Positions 10,662 to 23,724 of a stretch of 64,000 nucleotides of DNA are shown here, piece after piece. How positions within the stretch are numbered: the stretch's first letter is position 1; every line of letters begins with the position of its first letter. A model generated the notes under the pieces. It made no database searches. It was not told the DNA's origin and saw only the letters and a list, made by a program, of their open reading frames with translations. Location: the NCBI GenBank assembly GCA_964016885.1, contig OZ024744.1:49600001-49664000 (forward strand), given 5' to 3'. Origin of the DNA: Eledone cirrhosa (Eukaryota). Made by a program: the position numbers and the translations under genes.

Positions 10662-11830
10662 ATGGCTGAGAGATGGATAGATAAGACAATAGAGGTAGTT
10701 AGAGTTAGTGATAGAATAATTAAGCTTAGATTAGTTGTAGGCAAGAGACTACTGACAATCATCTCTGCCTAATCTCCCCAGGCAGGCCTAGGTAAAGAAG
10801 AGAAAGACTGCTTTTATGAGCAACTTTTACAAACAGTCACAATGACAGAGGACGGAGACATTATTATGCTAGCAGGGGACTTCAATGGTCATGTTGACAG
10901 CTCCAGGATGGATACACTGGGGATACATGGTGGTCATGGTTACGGCTCAAGAAATAAAAAAGGAGTAAGGCTTCTTGAATTTTGTAATGCAAGTGCACTA
11001 ACCATTTACAACACTAACTTCCGGAAACCTGCCAACCACCTAATAATCAGGCGAGCACATAAGCCAGATTGACTTCTTACTAGTTAGGCAGCGAGACAGA
11101 CAGATGGTGTCAAATACTAAGGCATACCCCGGGGAAGAATGTACCCCACAACATACGTTGGTTAATATTTTTCTTTCTACATACTGGAACTTTAGTCTTA
11201 GTAGACAAGTTAACTCTAAGTCCTTTTGATTTTGGGCCATGCTTCCATGTTTGGAATTTCTTCTCTAGTTCAACCATAGATTCAGCTATGAGAGTTAGAT
11301 CATCTGCATATAGAAGTTCCCATGGGTAGCCAGTCTTAAACTCCTCTGTTATAGCCTGAAGGGCAATAATAAACAGTAGGCGGCTAAGGACAGAGCCTTG
11401 ATGAACACCGACTTTTACGCTAAATTCTTCACTATATTCATTGTTAATTCTAACCTTGCTGACAGTTCCTTTATACATAGCTTGTATAGCGCTCACAAGC
11501 CATTCATCAACACCTAGTTTTCTAAAGGCCCACCAGATAATCGAGTGGGGTACTCTGTCAAAGGCTTTCTCCAAGTCAACAAAAGCTAAGTATAGGGGTT
11601 TACTTTTAGCTAGATACTTCTCCTGTAGTTGTCGTACAAGGAAAAGAGCATCCGTGATACTTTTACCTGACTCAAACCCAAACTGCATTTCATCTAGATC
11701 AATTCGATCTCTGATTAATTGTGCTATAACTCTTTCTGTGACCATCATGACCTGTTCAATTAATTTAATGCCTCTATAGTTTCCTCTATCTACGGCATCC
11801 CCTTGTAGCAGTTAACAATGATGTTGCTAC
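10662..11830. mobile_element. Rearranged RTE remnant: + strand APE fragment fused to - strand RT fragment
   Basis: 10662-11163 encodes a diverged APE (GDFNGHV, YGSRN). 11164-11830 on the minus strand encodes RT (QFGF...LYADD). Confidence 0.85.
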
Positions 11831-11921
11831 GTATATATATACATATTTATGTATATGTATATATATATATATATATATGTATATGTATATGTATATATAT
11901 ATGTATATGTATATATATATG

Positions 11922-11952
<31 letters not shown>

Positions 11953-11987
11953 GTATATGTAGATATATATATACATATATATATACA

Positions 11988-12034
<47 letters not shown>

Positions 12035-12035
12035 T

Positions 12036-12067
<32 letters not shown>

Positions 12068-12202
12068 CATATTTATATATACATATTTATATATATATAT
12101 ATACATATTTATATATACATATATATGTATATATATATCTACATATACATATATATATATATACATATACATATATACATATATATATACATATACATAT
12201 AT

Positions 12203-12243
<41 letters not shown>

Positions 12244-12712
12244 TATACATATATATATATATACATATATATATATACATATATATACATATACATATAT
12301 ATATATACATATATATACATATACATATATATACATATACATATATATATATACATATATATACATATACATATATATACATATATATATATACATATAT
12401 ATACATATATATATATACATATATATATACATATACATACATATACATATATACATATATATATACATATACATACATATACATATATATACATATATAT
12501 ATACATATATATATACATATACATACATATATATACATATATACATACATATACATACATATATATACATATATACATACATATACATATATATATACAT
12601 ATACATACATATATATACATATATTTACATATATTTACATATATATATACACACAAATATATATATACATATATATACATACATATATACATATATATCT
12701 ATGTATACATAT
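11831..12712. repeat. (TA)n/(TACA)n microsatellite
   Basis: Pure low-complexity tract. Similar tracts occur at 20461-22120, 30841-31443, 33028-34275, 42520-43245, 44450-46730 and 47835-49470. Confidence 0.98.
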
Positions 12713-15561
12713 ATCATCATCATCATCATCATCATCAACGTTTAACGTCCGTGTTCCACGCTTGCATGGGTTTGGACGGGGGTAGTCCCACTTGAGGCAA
12801 GAGTGATTGTCTTGCTCGCATAGGACTGTCTGGCAGGTTTTCTACAGTTGGATGCCCTTCCTAACACCAACCACATTTACAGTGTGGGTCTGGGAGGTTT
12901 TTACCGTGTTGCCTACACGGCCACATTACAGCGTGGACTGTGTGTTTTTTTGTCGTGACACCTACACGATCTCATTTGTTTCGGCCTGGATGGCGCGGCA
13001 CCAACATAACTTTACATAGAACGGGGTGGTGTGGATGGGGTGGGGGTGGCGGCGGGAGGGGTGTATTTTGTTAGAGATGCCTACTGGCAAGGCGGGTCTT
13101 CTCTGTTACTGAGTACCGCCAAAGGTCACGGTCCAGTGACATTGTCTTGGAGAGGTGTAAGTGTGTGAGGTCGGAGTTTATCAGCTCATCCCATGTTTTT
13201 CTAGGTCTGCCTATTCCGTGGCTACCGTCTATCTTTATTGCCCTGCACTTTGTAATACAGCTATCGACTTTCATGCGCATCACGTGTCCATACCAACGCA
13301 GCCTTCTCTCGAGTAAACAACATCTGATCCCTCTTATCTCTAATTTTTTCCTTAGTTCGTTTATGCTTTGCCGTTCACGTATATTACTGTTACACATCCA
13401 GCGGAGCATGCAAGCTTCGTTCCTCTCTAGTCTGCGTATATCCTCTGCACACAATGCCCAGGTCTCACTACCATGCAACATTGCTGTTCGTATGCAGGCA
13501 TCGTACAACCTGCCTTTCATTTTTAGGGAGAACCCTTTAGCAGCTAATAGTGGTATAAGCTCTCTGAACTTTTTCCAACCAGTTCTGACTCTAGCTACAG
13601 TACTTTCAGAGCACCCTCCCCCACTGCTGATTTTATCGCCCAGGTAACGGAAGCTGTCCACTATTTCTATAAAACCCTCTGCGCAATTGAAAGAGCTAGT
13701 ATTTTGTGGGCACTTGCTGCTACTTATTGCACCAGAACACCGGCCACATGTAAAGTCTATGTTCTTAGTTAGCTTACCTGTGATCCCACTACATCTTTTA
13801 TGCACCCATACTTTGCATTTAGGACATAAGATGGAGTTTCTACCTACGCCTTTCCTACATACCGAGCACGACCATTTCCCAGAAGGGACCGCCGCCTTGT
13901 TTTCTTTCCTACAAACTAGAACTTTGGTCTTAGCCAGGTTAATTTTAAGTCCTTTTGACTCTAGGCCGTGCTTCCATGTTTGGAATTTCTTCTCTAGCTC
14001 GGCCATTGATTCCGCTATGAGTGTCAGGTCGTCTGCGTATAGGAGTTCCCATGGGCAGCCTGTCTTGAACTCCTCTGTTATAGCCTGAAGGGCAATAATA
14101 AATAGTAGGGGGCTGAGAACAGAGCCCTGATGGACGCCAACTTTTACGCTAAACTCTTCACTATATTCGTTGTTAATTCTAACCTTGCTGACTGTTTCTT
14201 TATACATGGCTTGTATAGCCCTCACAAGCCATTCGTCAACGCCTAGTTTTCTAAGAGCCCACCAGATAATGGAGCGGGGGACTCTGTCGAAGGCTTTCTC
14301 CAGGTCGACAAAAGCTAAGTAGAGGGGTTTACCTTTAGCTAGGTACTTCTCCTGTAGTTGTCGTACTATGAAAAGAGCGTCTGTGGTGCTTTTGCCTGAC
14401 ACAAACCCGAACTGCATTTCATCTAGATCAATTCTCTCTCTGATTAGTTGCGCTATTACTTTTTCCGTGACCTTCATGACCTGGTCGATTAATTTAATGC
14501 CTCTATAGTTACTCCTATCTAGGGCGTCTCCTTTACCCTTATAACAGTTAACGATGATGCTGCTATGCCAGTCCTTCGGAACAACCCCATTCTGTACGAC
14601 TTGGTTAACTATGCGGGTGACCATGGTGTGTCCCACCGTGCCAGATGCCTTCAGCATCTCAGCAACTATTTCCGAAGGCCCAGCCGCCTTACCAGTCTTC
14701 ATATCCTTGATTGCCTTACTTATTATACTCCCCTCGACTAACACTGCTGGTCCCTCTATCGGGTCGATATGGGGGAGACTGTCTTTCTCCCATTTATTCT
14801 CCTCATTTAGTAGCCTTTCATAGTGACACTTCCAAGCTACCTTCTTATCAGTGTCGGTGATGGCAAGTATGCCATCATCGTTAAGTTCACACTTCTCCCC
14901 GACAATATCACGGTTTTCCTTGACGCATTGCCTGGCAATCCTGAACACCTCACGTTTTTGGTCATCGCGTTGTAGAACATGCTTGAACTTTCTTTCCTCA
15001 GCTTCCCTTCTTGCTAAGTACACTTCTCTCCTAGCTTCCCTCCTGGCCACTTGATAGTCTACTCTACTTCCCCCATCCCGCCATACTTTCCAAGCCTGCT
15101 TTTTGGCCTTAATTGACCCCTCCACCTTACTGTTCCACCACCATGTTACTCTCCTCCTGCCTACAGGCCTGCTCCAGCCACAGACTTCGTCTGTCGCCAA
15201 CAGCAGGTTAGCTTTCAGAAATTTCCACTGTCCCTCTATATTGTCCGATTCTAGATGCTCTTCCTTACTGTCGAAAGCATCAAGTAATATGCTTTGAAAT
15301 TTATTTCTGGCTGTGGGGTCTTTTAGTTTCCATATTTTCCTCCTGAGGATAGTCCTCTTCTGCTGTCGGGTGCGTCTCGTCCTGACTATGAGGTCGCTAA
15401 TTATCAGTCTATGTTGGGAGGTGCATTCTTCATGGGGGAGGGATTTAGTGTTTACAACAGACACTCTGTCACGTCTTCTGGTAAGGATATAATCTACCTG
15501 GCTTGTGTGTTCCCCGGATCTATAGGTAATCAGGTGATTGTCACGTTTTTTGAAGTTAGTG
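12713..15561 (-). mobile_element. RTE LINE, 5'-truncated, near-identical to 5871-8719
   Basis: Open ORF from TNFKKR to RLASRHL. It shares the stop-region deletion with the full-length copy; only a few substitutions are visible. Confidence 0.96.
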
Positions 15562-15651
15562 TATATATGTATATACATATATATATACATATATATATGT
15601 ACATATATATATGTACATATATATATATATATATATATGTACATATATATA

Positions 15652-15704
<53 letters not shown>

Positions 15705-15705
<1 letters not shown>

Positions 15706-15880
15706 TATGTAAAAGGTAAACAGAAATAACAACACAATTGGTACAGTATATGGAAGGGATATATTAAGTTAACGCTTGATATAGCAGAAAGAGGGTCTTA
15801 ACGTTTCGGACGTTAGTCCTTCATTAGAAGAAAGGATGAGAAATAGATTAAGGGGACGGGCGGGATGGAATTGGAACCTA
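15705..15880 (-). mobile_element. Solo PLE pseudo-LTR fragment with hammerhead (15796-15831)
   Basis: Homologous to 20095-20240 downstream of the PLE ORF. HHR reads TCTT-CTAATGA-A-GGAC-TAAC-GTCC-GAAA-CGT-T-AAGA (core G>A). Confidence 0.8.
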
Positions 15881-15938
15881 TATGTATATACATATATATA
15901 CATATATATATATATACATATATATGTATATACATATA

Positions 15939-17904
15939 TGAAGGCATCTGGTACGGTGGGACACACCATGGTCACCCGGATAGTTAACCAAGTCGTACAG
16001 AATGGGGTTGTTCCGAAGGACTGGCGTAGCAGCATCATCGTAAACTGTTATAAGGGTAAAGGAGATGCCCTAGATAGGAGTAACTATAGAGGCATTAAAT
16101 TAATCGACCAGGTCATGAAGGTCACGGAAAAAGTAATAGCGCAACTAATCAGAGAGAGAATTGATCTAGATGAAATGCAGTTCGGGTTTGTGTCAGGGAA
16201 AAGTACCACAGACGCTCTTTTCATTGTACGACAACTACAGGAGAAGTACCTAGCTAAAAGTAAACCCCTATACTTAGCCTTTGTCGACTTGGAGAAAGCC
16301 TTCGACAGAGTCCCCCGTTCCATTATCTGGTGGGCTCTTAGAAAACTAGGTGTTGACGAATGGCTTGTGAGAGCTATACAAACCATGTATAAAGAAACAG
16401 TCAGCAAGGTTAGAATTAACAACGAATATAGTGAAGAGTTTAGCGTAAAAGTTGACGTCCATCAGGGCTCTGGCCTCAGCCCCCTACTATTTATTATTGC
16501 CCTTCAGGCTATAACAGAGGAGTTCCCAGACCGGCTGCCCATGGGAACTCCTATACGCAGATGATCTAATGCTCATAGCTGAATCAATGCCTGAACTAGA
16601 GAAGAAATTCCAAACATGGAAGCACAGCCTAGAATCAAAAGGCCTTAAAATTAACCTGGCTCAGACTAAAGTTCTAGTTTGTAAGAAAGAAAATAAGGCG
16701 GCTGTCCCCTCCGGGAAGTGGCCATGCGCAGAGTGTAGGAAAGGCGTAGGTAGAAACTCCATTTTGTGTCCCAAATGCAAAGTATGGGTGCATAAAAGAT
16801 GTAGTGGGATCACAGGTAAGCTAACTAAGAACATAGATTTCACATGTGGCCGGTGCTCTGGTCCAATAAGTAGCAGCAAGTGCCCACAAAATACTAGCTC
16901 TTTCAACTGCGCAGAGGGTTCTATAGAAATAGTGGACAGCTTCCGTTACCTGGGTGACAAAATCAGCAGTGGGGGAGGGTGCTCTGAAAGTACAGTAGCT
17001 AGAGTCAGAACTGGATGGAAAAAGTTCAGAGAGCCTATACCACTATTAGCCGCTAAAGGGTTCTCCCTAAAAATGAAAGGCAGGTTGTACGATGCCTGCA
17101 TACGAACAGCAATGTTGCATGGCAGTGAGACCTGGGCATTGTGTGCAGAGGATATACGCAGACTAGAGAGAAACGAAGCTTGCATGCTCCGCTGGATGTG
17201 TAATAGTAATATACGTGAACGGCAAAGCATAAGCGAACTAAGGAAAAAATTAGAAATAAGAGGGATCAGATGTTGTTTACTCGAGAGAAGGCTACGTTGG
17301 TATGGTCACGTGATGCGCATGAAGGACGATAGCTGTATAACAAAGTGCAGGGCAATAAAGATAGACGGTAGCCACGGAATAGGCAGACCCAGAAAAACCT
17401 GGGATGAGCTGATAATTTCCGACCTCACACACTTACACCTCACCAAGACAATGTCACTGGACCGAGACCTTTGGCGGTACTCAGTAATAGAGAAGACCCG
17501 CCTTACCTAAATACAAAGTAAAACCTACTACAGTCAGTAGGCACTTCTAACAAAATACACCCCGTCCCACCACCCCCACCCCATCCACACCGCCCCTTTC
17601 AATGTAAAGTTATGTTGGTGCCACAACATCCAGGCCGAAACAAATGAGATCGTGTAGTGTCACGTCAAAAAACACACAGTTCATGCTGTAATGTGGCCGT
17701 GTAGGTAACACAGTAAAAACCTCCCAGTCCACACTGTAAATGTGGTTGGTGTTAGGAAGGGCATCCAGCCGTAGAAAACCCGCCAGATAGTCCTATGCGA
17801 GCAAGACAACCACTCTTGCCTCAAGTGGGAAAACCCCCGTCTAAACCCATACAAGCGTGGAACACGGACGTTAAACGTTGATGATGATGATGATGATGAT
17901 GATG
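15939..17904 (+). mobile_element. RTE LINE, 5'-truncated, frameshifted
   Basis: ORFs 15836-16564 and 16569-17510 with a frameshift near 16525; 3' UTR and (TGA)n tail present. Confidence 0.95.
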
Positions 17905-18023
17905 TATATACATATATATACATATATATATATATACATATATATGTATATACATATAAATGAACTATTTCCGTAGGAAAAGTAAAGGAAAAGAGAGTGC
18001 TCTATGTAGGATACACAAGTTTT

Positions 18024-18253
18024 TAGTTATATAATAAACCACATAAGATAATTAATTCATTTACCAATGGTTTCTTGAAGAGCTTGACACTTATGTCTGT
18101 CTTCATTCATCAGAATAAATTTATTATGGAATGGGATATGGATTTGAAAACAGAGTTTTCAAATCCATATCTCATTGCATAATAAATTTATTTATGATGA
18201 ATTAAGACAGATGAATGAAGACACACATATCTTATGTTGTTTATTACATAGCT
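18024..18253. repeat. Fold-back palindrome with hammerhead in the left arm
   Basis: Near-perfect centre 18114-18151 / 18155-18192; outer arms 18024-18050 / 18226-18253. The right arm has lost the HHR middle. Confidence 0.85.
18056..18119 (-). ncRNA. Type-I hammerhead ribozyme
   Basis: TTTATT-CTGATGA-A-TGAAGA..GACA-TAAG-TGTC....TCTTCA-A-GAAA-CCA-T-TGGT-A-AATGAA; GUA triplet. Confidence 0.7.
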
Positions 18254-18267
18254 ATATACATATATAT

Positions 18268-18298
<31 letters not shown>

Positions 18299-18299
18299 A

Positions 18300-20465
18300 T
18301 TGCCCTTAGACTCTTCAACTTTTTCTCCTTCCCTCCTGGTCCATCCCGCCTTCTCTTTACCCTGGACATCACTTCTCTCTATATCGTCATCCATCATGAT
18401 GATGGCCTTCGCGCTCTCCAACATTTTTCAGATTTATGCCCTACCCCTTACCCCAGCACTACCACTCTTCTCCATCTGGCTGAGCTTGTTCTCACCCTCA
18501 ATGGATTTTCTTTTTCGGGTGAATTTTATCAGCAGGTCTCTGGGGTAGCGTTGGGAACCAGAATGGGTCCAAACTATGCCAACTTTGTTGACTACATCGA
18601 AGCCCAGATCTTCTCCCAGTACGCTGGACCGACTCCTTAGCTATACGGTCATTATATTGACGGCTGTATCGACACCACCTCACGAGAACAACTTGACTGT
18701 TTTCTTTCTTTTGTCCAATCTTTCCATCCTGCTCTCAATTTCACCGCCTCCGTCTCCGATTCTTCTGTCGCTTTTCTAGATATCTCTCTATCTATTAATT
18801 ACTCTCACCACACCCTCTCTACAGACTCCCAATCTTACCTCGACTTCACCTCCTCCCATCCAACCCACACCAAACACTCCATACCCTATTCCCAATTCCT
18901 TCGTCTTCATCGACTCTGTAGCCAAGACGACAATTTCGAAACCCATTCCCTTTGCATGGCTTACTGCTTCATCCAGCATGGATATCCCCCCACCCTGATC
19001 CAAGCTGCTCTCACCCGCGCCCGTGAAACAGACCGCACCACAGCCCTTTCACCTCACCCCCCACCCTCCCAACACCTGTGTTCCTTTCCCTCTCACCTAC
19101 CACCCCATCACCCTACCACTCTGGCAACATGTCCTCCGTTCCTTCCGTATCCTCTCTTCTGACCCCGTCACTTCTCACTTTTTTCCAAACCTACCCATTA
19201 CTACTTTTAAGCGCGCCCGCAACCTCCGTGACCTCCTGGTTTGCAGTTCTTTTTCGTCCTCTCCCACGACTCCACCCAGCTCTCATCCTTGTTCCCGTTC
19301 CCGGTGCTACACTTGTCCCTTTATTTCCACCCTCAACACTCTTACAGGCCCTAACAGGTCTTTCCATATCCGCCATTCCTTCACCTGCACATCCATCCAT
19401 GTTGTCTATGCCCTCCAGTGTTCTCTATGCGGTTCTTTATATATCGGACAAACGGGACGCCGTATGATGGACCATTTTGCCGAACATTTGAGGGACATAT
19501 GACTCGGATACTCCTGTCACCCATCATTTCTTTTCTCCTGGTCATTCTTCCCCTACATGTTTCAGTCATTCTCCCCTACATGTTTCGCCCACCAAGGACT
19601 GAACAAAGTCTGATTCATCACCTTGGGTCCTATTCCCCTCTTTGACTCAACTCACCTCCCCAATTTCTCTAATGCCCCATCCATTATCACACTCCTAGAT
19701 TCCTATCACTTTCTCTTGATCATTAACATCTTCTCTTACAACTAATACATGCCAACTATATATGCTCACCCCACTTTTCCCTCCACTGCTCTGTATACAC
19801 AAATACACACCCTTATATTAACATACTTTTGCTCTTAGCTTCGTACTTACATGCACACACACACACATTTCTCTTAACTTTGTACGGACGTATAATAACA
19901 CACACACACAAACACATGCTTATGCACGTGCTCAAGTATAGCTCTTTTTACAAAACGTTTTTTTTTTCCATTTCAGGTAGACGCGCTCCATCATCCACTA
20001 TTCTAAAAAGTAAATCATACACAAAAAGCCAGCACCAACAGTTTTGCAAGAGATGTCAACATGAATGGACCTGTTATTTTTATCTAAAGACATTTTTTCC
20101 AATTCCAACCCGACCGTCCCCTCAATCTATTTTATTTCTCATTCTTTCTTCTGACGAAGGACTAGCGACCGAAACGTTAGTGCCCTCTTCCTGCTATATC
20201 AAGCGTTAAATTAATATATACCTTCCATATACTGTACCAAATATGAACATGTGCATAAGCATGTTTTTATGTGTGTGTGTGTGTGTGTTATTATAGGTCC
20301 GTACGAAGCTAAGAAGAAATGTGTGTGTATATGTGAGTAAAAGAGTGTGTGCATCTAAGCAAAAGTACATTAATATAAGGGTGTGTATCGGCATGTATTA
20401 GTTGTAAGAGAAGCTGCTAATGATCAAGAGAAAGCGATATTTCTGTTAACTTTTTAGACACACAT
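18300..20465 (+). mobile_element. Penelope-like retroelement (Neptune-type), 5'-truncated, decayed
   Basis: RT motifs LDITSLY, QVSGVALGTRMGPNYA, FLD, YLDFTSSHP..KHSIPYSQFLRL. Linker CSRSRCYTC. GIY-YIG VVYALQCSLCGSLYIGQTGR...FAEH. Pseudo-LTR with HHR at 20147-20182. Confidence 0.92.
20147..20182 (+). ncRNA. Minimal hammerhead in PLE pseudo-LTR (degenerate stems)
   Basis: TCTT-CTGACGA-A-GG-ACTAGCGA-CC-GAAA-CGT-T. Confidence 0.65.
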
Positions 20466-21004
20466 ATATATATATATATATACATATATACATATATATA
20501 TTCATATATACATATATATATATTACATATATATATATACATATATATATATACATATATATACATATATACATATATATATATATATTACATATATATA
20601 TATATATGTAATATATGTATATATATATTACATATATATATATATTACATATATATACATATATATATTACATATATATATACATATATATATATATTAC
20701 ATATATATATACATATATATATATATTACATATATATATACATATATATATATATTACATATATATATACATATATATATATATTACATATATATATACA
20801 TATATATATATATTACATATATACATATATATACATATATACATATATATATATATATTACATATATACATATATATATATATATTACATATATACATAT
20901 ATATATATATATTACATATATACATATATATATATATATTACATATATACATATATATATATTACATATATACATATATATATATATATTACATATATAC
21001 ATAT

Positions 21005-21130
21005 CATCATCATCATCATCACCGTTTTACGTCCGTTCTTCCACGCTAGCATGGGTTAGACGGGTTGTCCTGTTGTGGGCAGTGTCTGGTCGGCTGACCA
21101 TGCCTTGCTCATACAGGAACTGATCTGGCT
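21005..21130 (-). mobile_element. 3'-terminal fragment of second RTE subfamily
   Basis: Exact reverse complement of ~25989-26116, embedded in (TA)n. Confidence 0.9.
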
Positions 21131-21995
21131 AATATATATATATATATTACATATATACATATATATATATATATTACATATACACATATATATATATATA
21201 TTACATATATATATATATATTACATATATATACATATATTACATATATATATACATATATTACATATATATATATATTACATATATATATATATATTACA
21301 TATATATACATATATTACATATATATACATATATTACATATATATATATATATTACATATATATATATATATTACATATATATATATATATTACATATAT
21401 ATATATATTACATATATATATATATATTACATATATATATATATTACATATATATATATATATTACATATATATATATATATTACATATATATATATATA
21501 TTACATATATATATATATATTACATATATATATATATATTACATATATATATATATATTACATATATATATATATATTACATATATATATATATATTACA
21601 TATATATATATATATTACATATATATATATATATTACATATATATATATATATTACATATATATATATATTACATATATATATATATATTACATATATAT
21701 ATATATATTTTATATATATATATATATTTTATATATATATATATATATATTACATATATATATATATATTACATATATATATATATTACATATATATATA
21801 TATATTACATATATATATATATATTTTATATATATATATATATTACATATATATATATATATTACATATATATATATATATTACATATATATATATATAT
21901 ATATTACATATATATATATATATATATTACATATATATATATATATTACATATATATATATTACATATATATATATATATATTACATATATATAC

Positions 21996-22027
<32 letters not shown>

Positions 22028-22030
22028 TAC

Positions 22031-22065
<35 letters not shown>

Positions 22066-22268
22066 TTACATATACATACATATGTATATATATATATATT
22101 TATATATATATATATACATTTTTTTAAAGAATTGTTTAATGTTTGTTCTGCTCTTCTTAAATTTTATAGTTCTGGTATCTCAAATTAGTACCATTGAACA
22201 CCAATTATATTATAGACACACTATGTATCTCTACGGGTACTTAGTACTCAGAGAGATATTTACCTCTT

Positions 22269-22299
<31 letters not shown>

Positions 22300-22356
22300 G
22301 TATATATATGTATATATATGTATATATATATGTATATATATGTATATGTATATGCA

Positions 22357-22970
22357 TATGCTCTGATGGATGTGTAATAGTATTGTGCGTGAAAGGTGAA
22401 GCATAAATGAATTAAGAGGGAGGCTAAGCATAAGATGTATCAAATATTGTGTTCTGGAGAGGAGATTGCGTTGGTATGGACATGTGATACACATGAGGAT
22501 GGCAGCTGTATAAAAAAGTGCAGGGCAATGAAAATTGATGGAAGCTACGGAGTGGGTAGACCAAGAAAAACTGGGACGAGGTGATATAAACTGACCTTGC
22601 TCACTTACACCTCTCGAAGACAATGACACTGGATCGAGACCTTTGGCGCTGTGTAGTTGTACAGAAGACCTGACTGCCATTGCATACACATCTACAGTCA
22701 GTAGGCACCTCTTGACTCAATGTACACCCCACCCCGACACCCTACCCCATCGTCCCTCTCCCGATCCATCCACTGTGTTGATGACACAACAATCCACACT
22801 GTTAATGTGGTTGGTGTTAGGAAGGGCATCCAGCTGTAAAAAAAAACCTGCCAGAGACGCTTCCGTGTGATTGAGACATGATCTCCCGACCATTCTCGCA
22901 TCAAATGGAACAAAAACGTCTAACCCATGCTAGTGTGGAAGATGGACGTTAAACGATGATGATGATGATA
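22357..22970 (+). mobile_element. Decayed RTE 3' fragment
   Basis: RLRWYGHV remnant, 3' UTR TGTGGTTGGTGTTAGGAAGGGCATCC and (GAT)n tail. Confidence 0.88.
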
Positions 22971-22998
22971 TATACATATATATATATACATATATATA

Positions 22999-23485
22999 CT
23001 AGCCAAACTACCCATGCTATGCTGCATTTCACACATTTTTTTTGTAAGAAAATGATGATTGATTTTAAATCAGTGATATAATTTATGGAAGAAAACTCTG
23101 CATTTCAATATTACTCAATGTAAAATGTAATGCATGAAAAATTAGAAAACATTATTTTTTGTAATATATAAAATCAAAATTACATTATTAAATCTTATTC
23201 TTATTTTGTTTCTTGCAAATAATTTTTTTCAAAATATCAATTCAAAACTTTTGTGAATTAGCATCATATCTTGTCATTTACCTATGGTTTAAATTTCATA
23301 TAAATCGAAGGGAAAAAATGTTCAGCAGGGCTTTGTGCCCTCGGGAACTCTTTGATTAAAATGAAATATACTTATTCAAGTACCCTGGGCAATGCAGTTT
23401 CAGAATATATATGGTTATCTCCAAATCAATAGGAGCAGTTCGTGAACAAACAAACAGACAGGAACTACACTTTATATATATATAA
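22999..23485 (-). mobile_element. Non-autonomous Helitron-like element
   Basis: On the minus strand it ends GCATGGGTAGTTTGG-CTAG-T (22999) and begins TATATATAAAG...TGTCTGTTTGTTTG, typical of Helitron-N ends. Confidence 0.55.
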
Positions 23486-23529
23486 AGGGAAAAGCAGACA
23501 TAAAATGATGATGATGATATAACAAAGAG

Positions 23530-23715
23530 CGTGTGGTAAGATACCAGGTGGACCATACAGCACCAGAGTACTCAATACTTAGGGTAGTAGAGTGGGTAAT
23601 AGGAAAAGAGTTAGGACCTCGACAACTGGGTTCCGGCCGTTTTGAAAGCTAGATCCAAACTTAGCCACCAGTATTAGAATGGCGGGAATCTAGCTGAACT
23701 TATTAAGGGGTACAG
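23530..23715 (-). mobile_element. Decayed hammerhead module (family shared with 54076-54302 and 24495-24540)
   Basis: Minus strand: ACCCC-TTAATAA-G..AGCTAGATTC...GGATCTAGCT..-AAAA-CGGCCGG..CCAGTTGTC-GAGGT. The downstream CTACTACCCTAAGTATTGAGTAC matches 54111-54140. Confidence 0.65.
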
Positions 23716-23724
23716 TCCATATAT

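Noticed and set aside
11818-12795. Long Y/I/H/M-rich ORFs here and at 20615-22366, 30895-31458, 32983-34271, 42434-49971 and elsewhere
   Set aside because: These are translations of stop-free (TA)n/(TACA)n microsatellites, not genes.
15562-15737. N-terminal extension of the 888-aa ORF
   Set aside because: It is read-through from the (TA)n flank into a 5'-truncated RTE.
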